From assembly GCA_003971905.1 (NCBI GenBank), contig RSEE01000105.1, positions 62,001 to 126,000 on the forward strand: a DNA stretch of 64,000 bases, written 5' to 3'. The stretch comes from Moniliella sp. 'wahieum'. Lineage: Eukaryota. Both the position numbers and the translations under genes were made by a program. Positions within the stretch are counted from its first letter, which is position 1, and each line of letters starts with the position of its first letter. The notes beneath the pieces are model-generated. The model did not search any database. It saw nothing but the letters and a program-made list of their open reading frames with translations, and was not told where the DNA came from. Positions 37,904-51,081 of the stretch are shown piece by piece.

Positions 37904-39580
37904 TCACGCCGTGCGCAAGCGGGAAGCGTAAACGACCACCTTGGTGCCTGGTTGTGCCGCAGCTGCGCGCGGTCTGGTCCCCGGGGCGGGGGGAAGGGTG
38001 ATGGTGTGAGAGCGACAAAATTTGAGGAGCAACGCATCGCGTTTATGAGCGTCGGGAGCGAGTGGATGAATGTAGGGCATGAGTTCTTCTTTGGGCCATT
38101 GGGGTCGGGCAGCAAGAGTTGGGCAAAGCGTGTGGGTGCATGGATGGATAAGTCGCGCTCGGCCAGACGCACGATCCGTGTTCCTCCCGATGGGACAGTT
38201 TCCGGTAGCAAAGGTGATGGCACGAGGTAGTGTTCCCCCTGGTGCGTGTGTGCACAAGTGTACGTCAGTAAGAAGCGAAAGAGAGAAAAAGAGAAATAGA
38301 TCAGTGGGGGTCAAGGGGACGTACATCGAGTAAAGAAAGCTTGGCTTCGTCGGTCCAGTTGGCGCCAAGAGCCTTTTGCCATTCACTCTGAAACTGGTCC
38401 AAGAGGATGCGCGGGCTTTCGCGGGTCAAACGACGAAGTATGTGCGATCCCAACGTACGTGCAATGGCGGGCATGTCGAGGCAGACCGACGCTTCCTCTC
38501 CATCCCCATCCTCATTCGCCCCCACTCCCGTACCCACCGCAGCGCCCGCATGGTTAGGATGGGCAAACCAACGCAGTACCACGGCCCGAGCAATCGCCGA
38601 CGGTACCCCGGCCGCTTGCAGTTCCGCCTCGGCTGATTGGAGCGGTACCTTGTCGGCCGGGAAGGCGTTCATTTCGATGTGGGCGAGGAGCCGACGAAGA
38701 ACTTCGTCGGCGAGGTACTCTGTGTCCACCATCCGCGCATACCCATCCACCACCACCACCCGAGCCTCATCCAGTCCTACAGCCAGCTCTTCCGGGCTGG
38801 CCTGCACGACGGAGCGGACGTGGTGCATGGTATGCAGTCGGCGCGCCGGCTACTCGCACTCGGTCAGTACCTCGCTCGGACAATACGGAGCAGCAAGAAG
38901 CAACAAGGAAACACAACCGGAAGCACATACGTCGTCGTGGGGCAGAGCGGTGCGCTTGGTCTCGGCGCGAACGCCCCGGTAGGCCGAGGGGGCCAGTAGC
39001 TGCCGCAGCCGGTCGAGGCGGGGAGATGTATGTTGGAGTTCGAGGGTGGTCGTGAGCGTAGCGCGAAGCGAAAGACCAATGCATTGATCGGCATTGTCAA
39101 TAGCTCGTGTGCGCAGGTTGCCGGCGGAGGTGCCGTCTGTGGTACGTGGGGTGGCGGTGGCGAGGGAAGGGTGTACGCCCAAGTCGCAGAGCATCATTGC
39201 ATTGCTCACTGCCACGCCGCGGACTGTGTAGCTGGCATTGCGAGTGCACAGTACCGCCTCGTCGTTCTGACGGCCATTGATCGTCAACCTTCTTCGAGTC
39301 AGCGATGAAGAGCAAAACAAGCAACAACAGCCATATCAACCCCAACAACAAATCCAACATACACCAGCTCATCGTCAGCGCTATCGTCGGCGCTGTCGTA
39401 CTCGTCGCCGGTGCCGTCGTCGGGGTGGGGACGCTTGCGTTTGTGGGAGCCAGCCTGTTCGGACGCGCGCTCGAGTAACGCGGCCACCTCCTTGGGCAGC
39501 TCGAGCAGCTGGTACTCGGACGAAAGGGACGGGTCGGAGAAGAGGGGGACCGGCTTCCCAAATGTCTGGGCAAAGGACAT
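37904..39580 (-). CDS. DCC1: Sister chromatid cohesion protein Dcc1 (Ctf18-RFC subunit), 2 introns
   Basis: YQLLELPKE, LTINGRQNDEAVLCTRNASYTVRGVAVSNAMML, VQASPEEL, DALLLKFCR; GTATGT/GTACGT...CTGAC...AG introns. Confidence 0.88.
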
Positions 39581-39815
39581 GGACGCGAGCGGGGGGCGAA
39601 GGTAGTGGCGATGGCGGGGGATGCAGCTTCGCCGGAGCGGGGCGCTTCGCTCGCGTCGACGCGCCGAGCGCGACGCGTCCATCCGTCGCGACAATTTGAT
39701 TTGATTTCCATTTCATTTTATTTCCCTCGTCCCTCCTCGCCGTTCCGGTCCGGAATTTTCGCCTCGACCGCTTGACCTCAAGCTTGACCATCCTCCCTCG
39801 CTCGACCCGACGGCG

Positions 39816-41122
39816 ATGGCAGGCGTGAGGCCGGTGGGGACGGTGCTCAGGAGACGCAGCATCTTTGACGATGGTGCGGCGTACATGCGGGCTCTGCAGC
39901 GGCGCCTGTGTGCGTCTCCCAACGCATGGACACCGACCGAAGCCCACATGCACCTCCGCTGGCTCGCCGAGGCCGCGGGCGTGCCTTGCTCCTTAGGCCT
40001 CCCCCTCGCCGCATGCGACAGCGACAGCGGCAGAACACGCCTCGCACCATCGACGCGGCGCGAACTGCTGCGCAACGTACTGGCTCTCAAGACTGGGATG
40101 CCACTGCTTACGTTCTGCGCAGCGTACCCTTTGCCCACCTCGACCTCGCCATCCGACCGCCCACGTTGATCCCGCGTCCGGAGACCGAGGAGTGGGCCAT
40201 CCGCCTCGCCTCGCTTCTTCCGCCTCGGACTAACGTGCTGGATCTGTGTACGGGCTCGGGCGCGATCGGAATTTACCTCGCTCATGCTACCGACGCCGTG
40301 GTGACCATGGTCGACGTATCCCCCTCAGCGGTGGAGCTGGCGCAGGAGAACGTGCGGCGGGTGTGGCCTGTGGAAGCGGGAGAGGGATCGAGAGCGGGTG
40401 CAGGTGCGGGTGCGGCAGGCGAAAGCGAAGAGGGGAAAGGAGGGATAAAAGGAGCGGGAACGGAGTGGGAGGGGCAGAAGGAGGAGGAGGAGGAAAAGCA
40501 TCCAGGTGCCCGCCCAAGGTGGTGCAAGCCGACCTGTTTGCCCCACCGACGTTTGTGCCGGATGGGGTGGAGGTAGAGGTGTGGTGTGCAATCCGCCGTA
40601 TGTGACGCCGGACGAGTACGACGAACTGGACGAATCGGTGCGGGCATGGGAGGACCGAGGGGCGCTGGTAGGTGTGCGCCCGACACCTTGTGCTGGCCAT
40701 CCCCATGCCTCTTCCTCCGACCCCAATCCCCACCTCACTACCAACACCCACCACCCAAGAAGCCCCAGAGCAAGCCCAAGAGCAAGGGCAAGACCACGCG
40801 AGAGGGTTAGCATTTTATCGGCGGCTGGCGCAGTTGGTTCCGACGTTACTGAGCGGGGCAGCGAAGCCAGTGGACGCGGCTGCGCCCGGGCACGTGCACG
40901 TGCTTCCCCAGGTGGTGGTGGAAATGGTCCGACGCAAGCCAAGGAGGTGGAAGACATATTCCGTTGTGCGCGTCCGCCGCGCGCTGGCCTGCACGCCCAC
41001 ACGCACGCTGGCAGGACCTGGCAGGACACGATCGCGTCGTACTCGTTTCCTGGCTTGCCTCCGCATCTCCAACTCCATCTCCATCTCCAACTCTAACTCC
41101 AACTGCATCTACATGTACCTGA
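39816..41122 (+). CDS. MTQ1: HemK/PrmC-type N5-glutamine methyltransferase (mitochondrial release factor)
   Basis: GMPLxYVL, TLIPRPETEEWA, VLDLCTGSGAIG, CNPPYV, WEDRGALVG, GLAFYRRL, DLAGHDRVV; divergent from DCC1 with ~235 bp between starts. Confidence 0.87.
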
Positions 41123-41514
41123 CCCAACCAACTCGACTGGGAGAGGGAGGGAGGGGGGGGGGGTAAGAAGGACCCAAGTGCGAACCACAGGATGCAGTTC
41201 GAACAGCAGCAGCGTGACAGGGGGCCAGTGGCGGCGAAGGCAGGGGTGGGGGCGAGGGGCGCAACACCTAAAACCGGGACAAGCAAGGGAAAACAGGGGA
41301 CAACGTGCAGGGTTTGACATGCGCGGGGGGGGGGGAAGGCAGGAGGGCATGTCAAATGCAGGGCAAAGTAACAAAGCAGAGGGGGGTGGGCTGTGGGCCG
41401 TGGGCCGTGGCCTACAGGCCAGTGACGCAGGTAGGAAGCAGGATAGATACAGTCGGCGGGGACGGAGGCCCCAAGCAAGAGGCCGACCAAGAGCCGTGTT
41501 GGAAAGAAAGGCCG

Positions 41515-44500
41515 CTAGAAGGGGAAGAGAGAGGGGAGAGAGAAAGAAGAGAGAAGGTCAAGCAGTCGGACTGTTCGCTGGTCCTTCTCGTCCTTGTCCT
41601 TCTTTGGCCGTACCTGGAGCCCTGGACGCGGTCGGGGCAGAGGAAGGCGCGCTGGGCGCGATCGGGGCAGGGAAGGCCCACTGGGGCCCGCTGCAGAGGC
41701 AGAACGTGCCATCTTATCCAGAGTATCCTTGTCGGACACGTATCCCTCTTCTCCGCCGGGTGTGGCGCGGATCGGTCCAAAAATATCATCAAACACGTTC
41801 TCGTCCGGGGCGCGCAGCGGCCCCAGATCCGCTCGGGTACCCGCTGCGTCCACTGCGGCGCGAGCCTGGGGGGAAAGCGCAGCGAGCGAGCGCGAGACCG
41901 AGCGCGAATGACGCGAACGTCGACGGAGCCAGGTAGGATCGAGCTGGGTGAGCGCCTGGTGGCGCGCAGCATGGATGCGCGCTTGTCGCTCCGTTTCCAG
42001 ATGGCTTCAAAGGTGGCGGTGAGTTCTTCAGGCCCCAGAGGTATCCTGAATCGGGCCCATCGGGTGCGAAGGCGCAAAGCGAACGACGGGACGCGAAAGC
42101 CATTCAGCAAACGCCTCCTCTTCCAATGCATCCTGTGCCTCGTACAGCGCTTCCTTGTCGGCGTACAAGTCGGCCTGGGCCGACCAGGCGTATCGCTCCT
42201 CCTCCTCCGACTGGTTGGCCAAAGGGGAAACGAATTCCTCCCCGGGCATACGATAGTCCTTGCCCGTGGTCGAGTGGGCAAAATCAATGATGCGAATTTT
42301 CATCTCACCGCGGTGGGGTTTAGCATGGTGATGGTGGTGGTGATGGTGGTGTTCCTTACCCAGACGTGAGGGAGCGCCTGTAGCCCCGGCAAACGTCCAC
42401 GCAGGGGGCACACCTGCCTTTCCCTCGCGTACGCGCCGCTCAAAGTGGTTCATCAGGCGCGTCTGCGCCGCACAGTCGCCATCGTAGATGAGAGGAAGCG
42501 ACGAGGCATAGAAGCGGTAGCCGGGCAGCTGGTGCACGATCCGCGCCAATTGGCGCAGCTGCGCGACAATGCCCGGCACATGGTGGATGAGGAGCGTGGC
42601 GCCATTGTACAAAAACCGAGCCAAGGCAGATTGGAACTCGGCAGGACGAACGGTGCGACCATAGTACTTGTCCTGGAACAGGTAATCGAGCTTTCGCAGT
42701 TGAACACTTGCATCCCGCAGATCCTCGCTCCATGGGTCCGGGTCGTCGTTGCCGCCGCCTTGGCGGACTGCGACGCCCGCTTGGTATCGGTCGCATCGAG
42801 ACTGTACTGCCGCATGCCCATTTTGAGGTCCAGTTACGCACGGCGAACGTAGCCGGCCAGTCAAATCCTCCATCAACAAAAAGTACCCCGATCGAAGCAG
42901 TTTCTCGTGGCCGCCGGCATCGAGCCAAGAAAGGTGCGTGCCGCCCTCTTATCGTGGACACATGCTCTTCCCCTCTCCCTCGTCCTCCTCTCCCTCCCCT
43001 TCCTCCTCCCTTCCTCCCCATTGTGCTCCTCAGCCAAGTCCAGTGTTGAACGGGGGGGAGTAGGCATGCCCTCGGATGGATGCAGGTCGTCCATTTCGAA
43101 CATATCATCGTGTCCAGCCGGCATGCCAGCCTCCCCCTGCCCCCCACCTCAGCTGGTTGGGAATGGGAAGGTGGGGATGGGGCTGAAGGAGAACGTGTCG
43201 GAAGCGCGTCCCTGCCCGGGCGGGTAAGGGGTTGATCCCTCGGACTCGTAGGCGCCGAAGGGTTCGGGGACCGGATGGAGGTGTTGGAGGAAGCAGGGTG
43301 AGTGGGTGAGGGGGAGGATGCGAGATGGCGCAGCAACGGGAGGAGGGTACGCCTACGTGGGTGTTCTGCCGACATGGAAGCATGGCCGCGCTCGGTCGAC
43401 TGAGCTCGGCTGGTGGATCCGGGGCGGGTGGAAGAGTGGGAGCGTGAGTGGCTCGACCCAGCTCGGGACGAATGCGTGCGTCGACGAGCAGCGGCAGTCG
43501 GGTCGCGCAAGTTGGACGCCGAGAAGACTTCGCGCAACACCTGCGCTTGCAACCGACGATGACCGCGGTGCTCCCGCGGCCAAAACGCAAGCCTGACTGC
43601 CAGGCGGGTGGGTGCTGCTCGGTGTGCCCGGGTCGAGGCGCGGGATCCCTCCTGGACCTACGGGTGCCGGAGCGGTAGCCAGCCCAACAGGCGTGCGGAG
43701 CGGTGTATGAGGGACAGATTGTCGCCCCTCGCTCCGGCCGGGGAATGTGGGGCGCGGGGAGAGCTAGCGGAGGAGGGGGAATGAGGACTGCTAGAGAAGG
43801 GAATGCGGGAACTTCGACCGTTCGAGCATCCGAATCGGATAGGACACCCGAGTCGTAACTTCGTCTCGCCCCATTTGCTGCACCCCAAGTGGCCATTCGA
43901 GGACGAAGGCGGGCCGGGGCGAATGGGCATGGATGCGGGATGGCCACGAGGATGCTCCAGCGCCCATAGGGTTGGAAGGGGGGAATGAGGTTGACTCCCT
44001 TCGTGTTCCCCCTCGGTGCCCAATACCCACTCGGGCATCAGGTGCCGGTTCATCTCCACTGCCCACTCGGGAACCTCCACATCATCCATGTTCTGGCCCT
44101 TGAAAATCTTGCGCCTGGGGGTAGGCCGGGGGTGCCGGGTCGGGTAGAAGGGGTGCCGCCGTGGGGGGGCAGGACTGGAGGTGGGGTCACGGGTGTAGGG
44201 GGACGAGGGGAAGGTTCAGCAGTAGTGGTGGCGGGATGCTCCTCATGGTCTACGGGGCGGAAGGAACGTGAGCACACCCAGGTAGCGCGGAACGAATCGA
44301 AGCAGTTGGCGTCCATTGAGTTCCAGCGACTCGTAGAACGGTTCTCGCGCGACACGAGCGGCTTGCACACTGCGTGGCTCGAAAACTGGAAGATGGAGCT
44401 GTGGCCACCGACTTGGTGTAGAATGGCTGAAGCTGTATCACCGTCGGCAGCTGTCCCGCTTGATCGTCGTCCTCGTCCACCGATGCACTCTGGTCGTCCG

Positions 44501-45762
44501 AAAGAGGGAGCGATGAACCAGCACCCCCGCGGAAAGAGGAGCTTGCGCTCCTTGTATCCGCTCCCACTCCTCGGCGGGGGGAAGACGGAATGGAGATGGA
44601 TGAGTCTGGAGGCGGCAGGAGAGTCGTGTTCGGCATCATCATCCTCATCCTCAGCAGCCTCCTCCTCCTCCTCAGCCGCATCATCTTCCCCGTTGGCGGG
44701 GGAGAAACTGTCGGTATCGGACGAGAGTACGAAGAGAGCTCCGTGTCGGTGGTGGATAAGGCATGTTCAGGAACAGGGGCGCGTGGGGGCACAACGTCGG
44801 GATGGGGTCGTGTCGTGAGCAGCGGGCTGCTAGGGGAGATGGACAGAGGCGGTGGGACCGGACGAGAAGGAAGTGCAGCGCGCTTCTCTGCAGGGGGCGG
44901 TGCGTGATGGAGACCAGCTCCGGATTGACCCGGGCCAGAAGCGCCAGGGGAGTTGCAGGTTCGGCGGGCGAGGGCTGGAGCGCGTCCCTGGTAAACTGCA
45001 CAGTGCGTCGGCGGGGCGAGGTGGGGTAGCGACGGTGGGGCGCGGGAGAGGTGGGTTTGGGGATGGGGGTGGGACTGGGACTGGCCTTGGCGGCGGCGGC
45101 GGCGGGCGGCGGCACCAGCGGGGGGCGGGGGCAGGGGGGACGGAGCCGGGTGGTTTGGGGGCTTGTCTTTGGCGTGCTTGCTGGACGCAGAGCCGGCGAA
45201 CAAGTGGAGGGAGACGGAGGCCTTGCGCCCAGAGGCGTGCACGGGGGAGAGGCAGGGCCATGCCATAGTCGCCGTGCGCGGCAGGCGCGTCGTGCTGGTG
45301 GCTGGGCGAGCGGAGCTCGGGCCCGCGGGCAAAGGAGACGGGCTCGGGCGGCGGAGGAGGCGGGGTGGGGGGGGCGGCGGGGCAGCAGCGGCGGTGGGCT
45401 TGGATGCGCTCATGCGCACGCGGGGCGAGCGCACCAGGCGGCCATCGGCCCTGCCAGCCTGCGCGGGGGGCTCCATTCGACCACGGGCTCCCACGACGGC
45501 GGCACGGAGGGGGTGCGGGCCGGTTTGGAGGAGGAGGAGGAGGGGGGGGGGGGGGGGGGGGCGCGCGGGGCGGGGAGGAGGTGAGGAAGTCGTAGGGGAG
45601 GCGGATGTGGATGCTGGGGGGGCGGTGGGGGGGACGTGGGGGCGGAGCGGAGGCGGAGGCGGCGGGGGGCGGGGGCGGCGAGGGCGACGAGGGCGGGGGC
45701 GCGGGCGACGCGGGTGGGGATGCCCAGGAGAAGGCGGACAGCGGCGGAGGCGCGCGGCTCAT
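41515..45762 (-). CDS. KCS1: Inositol hexakisphosphate kinase (IPK family)
   Basis: [23 protein letters not shown], [40 protein letters not shown]; termini approximate. Confidence 0.9.
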
Positions 45763-45959
45763 CGTGCTCGTGGCGGGCTGGCCATGCAGCAGCAGCCGGG
45801 GGCGGGGCGGCGGTGGAGGAGCGCTCTGGACACTATCCCCCATCGGCCGCATCCAGCCAACGCAGCCAGCCGCTCCGCCCGCCCGCACCACACCAGTCTC
45901 GCCCAGCACCTGCCCCGTGCAGCGCCCGCAATGTTCCGAACCGACATCGGTAACGATCA

Positions 45960-46085
45960 CATCCATCCATCCATCCATCCATCCATCCATCCATCCTCCA
46001 TCCATCATCCATCCATCCATCCATCCATCCATCCATCCATCCATCCATCCATCCATCCATCACCATCCATCCATCCCATCCCATC
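45960..46085. repeat. Long (CCAT)n microsatellite upstream of KCS1
   Basis: ~125 bp of CATC units. Confidence 0.92.
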
Positions 46086-47388
46086 CCCGCCTTCTCCGCC
46101 GCCAGCCCATCCACCCACCGCCACCACCACCACCACCTCCGCCGGTTGGCACACACGCCCTTCTTGCTCCGCCCGCCCCCTCGCCATGGCCCGCCGATGG
46201 AGAACCTATAGGCTGTGCGCCTAGCAGACCAGCGACCCTGGCTCCCTCACGCTCACCGCTCGCATGCGCACGCCGGTGACGCGCCGGACGCTCCAGCGAG
46301 CCCGAACGATTCGTGATGAAGAACCGGGAGAACCGGGGGGACGTGCACGCACGTGCCCACTACGCCCAGCGTAGATCGATAAAGGCCATCGATGTGACAT
46401 CCATTCCATGCTCCGTCCTTGTCTGATACCTTTCTGGCCGCGCTCTTCTCCAGACGGGACGAACGCGGTTTGGGCATGCCCGGCAAGGCGGGCGGACGAG
46501 GCGATGGGGGCTAACCCAGAAATGGCGGTTAATCGTTCAACGGGTGGCCCAGCCAAACAGACAGACACACCGACGGGGAGACGGTGGCGGAGGCGATTCC
46601 GATGGGTCACATGGCCCTGCATGCCGCTTCTTGTCTGCTTAGGGTAACGTCACCAGCGCCCCAACTAACCCATTCCATCGGTTCCAAAGCGGCGGCCAAT
46701 CAAGTCTGCGATTGAATGAACGAAACAGGTGGCATAATGCGATGCGGGTCTTTCCTGGCCCTGCGCCATCGCCTTTGGTGGACAGAGTGCAGTGCTCAAG
46801 TAAAGTACTAACTACCAACATGCACGGCGCGCATCCTGCGCCCTTCTGCCTGTCCCACGCACCTCCTTGCCTCCTTGGTCCGCTCGCCACACAACATTAC
46901 GCAACAGTCCGCGTCCTGTGGGCACGCTGGCGTCTTGATTGCCCCGTGGTCACATCTCCCCACTGTCGTCTTTCCACCACGCAAGCGCCACTGCTTCCAC
47001 TCTCGTTGCTCCTTGCCCAAACAGCCGTGGGGAGCGACTGACTCGCTGCAGTGTACCGCTCTTTCAGCGATTCGTCGGGACCATCGGATTCGGGCAAGAA
47101 ACGACCATGTAGAGCGAACCAGCAATTCCCATCAGCGGAGAGGCTTCATGGAAATAGACGTACTGCAGACATGCATACGAGGCCCCATATAACCCCGCCC
47201 TAAGGGAAAACAGAAACGAAGAGAAAGTGCACCTCGGAAGACAACTGAGGCCCTTTATTCTATAGGGGAGAACAACCGCGCTGAATTGGACAAGGAACTG
47301 TTGCGACACGGCAAGACGGGGAGAAGGAAAGAAAGAAAGAAAGAAAAAAAGGAGACAGAACAAGATATCCCTGAGGAAGTGCTAACGA

Positions 47389-48229
47389 TTACTCCAGGCC
47401 AAGTGCGTGGAGGAGGTACGGAAGTCCAAGGAAGTTCTCCAGCTTGCCAACCGCGCCGCCAAGCAGGGTGTTGTCCAGGACATCCTCCAGAGCCGTGACG
47501 CCTGTACATAGGAGCCAGAAGAGAGAGGAAACGGAGAACGAAAAAAGAGGGAAATTATTAGTACCTCGTGTTTGCATCAACGTAACACCACGCCCGCGTG
47601 AAGGAGACAAGACTGTGTGTCTCAAGCAACACCAAGTGAACGCATAGAAAAAGGAGAACATACCAATCTTGTCGTCAATGAGCTTGACCAGGTGCAAGAT
47701 CTCTCCAGAATCCCATCTGGCACACAACCGTTGACGAGACCGAGGCCCAACTCGGCCTTGGTCAATCCAACTTCCTCCTCCAGCTTGTCCTGTACATCCA
47801 CAACATAATACCGATGTGTAATAATACCCCCTTCGGTTAGCCTCTCTGCATTCTCTGTTTTCTGCTTGCACCAACCACAGCACAGCACGGCACGTAGAGT
47901 GAGGAAGGAAATGCGCATGTGGGACATACCAAAGAACCACCCAGTGCACCATTCAGCGCATTTTCAATCGCCGTGATGCCCAAGCCCTTCTCAATCAGAG
48001 CCACGAGTTGGCCAACAGTCTGGATCAACCCTTTGGGAGGAGGCGACGAAGATGAACCTGATCCAGCCCGACGCTGCACTTCAAACCCGGTCTTATCGTA
48101 CTGCAGCCCCGGCAGACCCCGGGCCTGAGCTACCATCCCAGTCGGCGAGCGACCCACAGGGCCTGGAGCCGCGGCGGACACAGCGACCGCAGCAAGAACG
48201 GCGGCGAAGGCGAGAGTGAAGAACTTCAT
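47389..48229 (-). CDS. Small secreted protein with two amphipathic helical repeats, 2 introns
   Basis: Signal peptide MKFFTLAFAAVLAAVAVSA; QRR site; introns 47790-47929 and 47502-47663 (both GTATGT...CTAAY...TACAG); one missing base near 47705. Confidence 0.8.
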
Positions 48230-48357
48230 CTTGAGCGTAGTTGGGATGTGTTGAGAGAGAGAGAGAGAGAGCGTGAGGAAAGCAAGTGAAAGCGAAAGAG
48301 TGTGGTCTGCGGTGGTGAGGGGAATAGAAAGTGAAGGTCAACCAATGACACCCTTCG

Positions 48358-48365
48358 TTTATATA
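48358..48365 (-). promoter_or_regulatory. Candidate TATA box for the secreted protein gene
   Basis: TATATAAA on the minus strand ~130 bp upstream of ATG 48229, followed by a CT-rich leader. Confidence 0.55.
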
Positions 48366-51081
48366 GACATTTTGCTTTTCACTTTTCTATGATACCCTTC
48401 TCATCCGTGGGTATTACTATACGTCTTTTGGTATGCTTTGCTCTGGTTAAGCAAAAGATCTTCTGTGTAGAATTGCAGTACATCTCTCTATCTCCAGTAC
48501 GATCTGGCAAATGCCTATCAATCTCAGCTTGTTCGTGACTGTGTGTTGAGTACACTGGAAAATCTTTGTACACCATGATTCTGCTGAAGAACTTTCATGT
48601 TCCCAGCATATCATTTGTACCCCTGCCCTCTGATACAGGGTGTGTGTCGATCGGCAATAAGTGACCATCTGACACCCAATCGGACGGCAGCACTACCAAA
48701 AAGTAGCAAGTTGCTGTGGAAGCACAGCGGCCCCATCCCACCCGCTGGGGTAACGTGTAATAGTGTCGCTATAACTATCGTCCCTAATGCTGGTCTCTTG
48801 ATAAGTCCTGAAAGAAAGAATAGTAGTTCGTATAGTCTGACATGCGATATTCTCCTCCCCTAGAAAGCGTCTATACTACTACTACTATTATTGACGATCC
48901 AGATGGATCAAAATATACTGAATCAAGAGTAGCTCTGATCTCTGTCATGTCCGTGCGGTCGCTTAGAGCGCTGCCGAGACTGAACGTGACACTGGGCACG
49001 GACGAATCCACACGTCGGGACTGCATAGCCGTTGCGTTGCCTCTTTTCTTCTACAGCATGGGCGTGGCGTCAATGATCTACAGCATCACGAGGGCTATGG
49101 TACGACGGCCGCCGCTCGCACGAACAAACACTGGGTACTGGGTACTGAGTACTGAGTACCGACGAGTATCCAGTATTGAGTAGAAGCTCCCTGCCCTTGT
49201 TTTCCACGGAAGCGCGGGAAAACATAAATATATTATAGAAAGGGAGATGATGGGCGATCCCGCCGGTAATATCTGCCTCATCACTTGGCATCAATCATTG
49301 ACCTTTCATGCACACGGAGTGACAAAAGCATTTTGACTCATGACGTTTGTATCCTATCGTGCTCCCACAGTGTAGTGATGGGCGCTTGTCCAAGCCTGCT
49401 CGCCCGGACGTGTTTCTTTGCACTTTTTTGCTCTTGATCATGCAGATCATGGACGTCTCTTCGAAACGGCCTTATCGACCTTATCGATTATCTCCCTTCG
49501 CCAGTCCAGTGACTAGTTGCCCCAGCATAAAATGTCTTGGAGCAGTTGCTTGCGCCGACCGCCAAGAGCGCTAGAGACAACAGTGTGTAACAGGGACTTG
49601 CTCCCGAATGCCCTCCTATTTACTACACGTATACAGTAGATGAGGTACGTTGAAGACTGTGCGTGGGTAATACCTTAGTCGTGTATATATATACTAGTCA
49701 CAAAAAACGTTTTGTTTCTTCGCGGGTCGGAGAAACGTGTACGTTAAGATTGACGTTGAGATCGATCGCTGAGATGGCACATACGCGATCATGCCATCAG
49801 AGGGGAGCACATATATGCAAAGAAGATCAAGTCGATCACAAAGTATCTGTGAGGCACAGATGCAGCCTGGTGCAGCCTACCAGCAGAAAACCTGTGGAGA
49901 GAGCAGCCTCTGCCGTTGCTGGTCAATATGTCATGCGTTATTGGCAGGCATTGCCAAACATGCCACAGCCAGAAATCCTTACTACGTTGACCAAATCCGT
50001 AGGTGGAAGAGAGACACATTGACCACGAAGAAGCCTACGCTGAAACATATATAATGGGCGCTCAGTATTACTGAGTACTGAGTTGCGTGGTAAGTAATTG
50101 AGTACTAACTAACAGTACTAATACTGAGTAATGTCTGACGCGCTGACGTATGATGCAACAGATGTGCCACACTTGTGCAACGCATCTCCGCTTTTTACTG
50201 TATCATCGTGCCTATAATAGTCATTTGGATACTCTGCTTCCTCTTCGGCGTTCCTGTGTTTCTGTGTTTCTCTTGTCTCACTTCCCCCGCTGAAAGGGGC
50301 GGTGAGATGATATATGATACGTCGACGAGGATATCGAATATCGAGATGATGCCCAGCCGACCGTAACGCTGGCCCGCAAGCTATTTGACTCTTCAATAAG
50401 GTTCCGATGCCTCTCCTCAAGCTTCACGAGTAGTGTCAAGCCTGATCAAAGCCTTTCAGTGTTACACTGGGCTCCGAATATCTTCAGACGCGCTGAGCCA
50501 CGCATGTCGTAGACATCTCATCCAAACACGCGCCAGTCCCGTTAGACTAGCAAGGTGACACTCAGCAGCCCCATCGACCGGTAGTACTTTTTTTCCCAAA
50601 TCTCACTCTTCGAACTGTCAACAGACGTATGCCGCTATAATTGAGTTCACTTCGGTGATCATTATATCATTGTACTATTAGGCCTTCAACATTCAGGGTT
50701 AAACTGGTAGCTATACTAATAGACGTAGTATGTCAATCACTTGACTATATTGTCGCCGGAGTCACCCGAGGATCGTATGCCCGTGGAGAGGGAAGGGAGA
50801 GCCACTTAATTATTAATCCTTGCTCTTCCATTATTCCGAGCTTACTTATCACTTCAGACTTCAGATGCCAGAAGGACCGGATGCTGGCATGTATGCGATA
50901 CGGTTATACTACGACCTCTGCCTTCAATGGGGGCTATTCATCCATGCATACCCAATCAACGTAATCAACAGTGTTGCATTACTATCAACCGAGGCCTGGA
51001 TCGATTGCCAATGGTGTGGATCAGAAGCGGCTTAGTAGTATGACAGGGAAACGAGAGGGGTATGGTGAAAAGCAGCTATGT

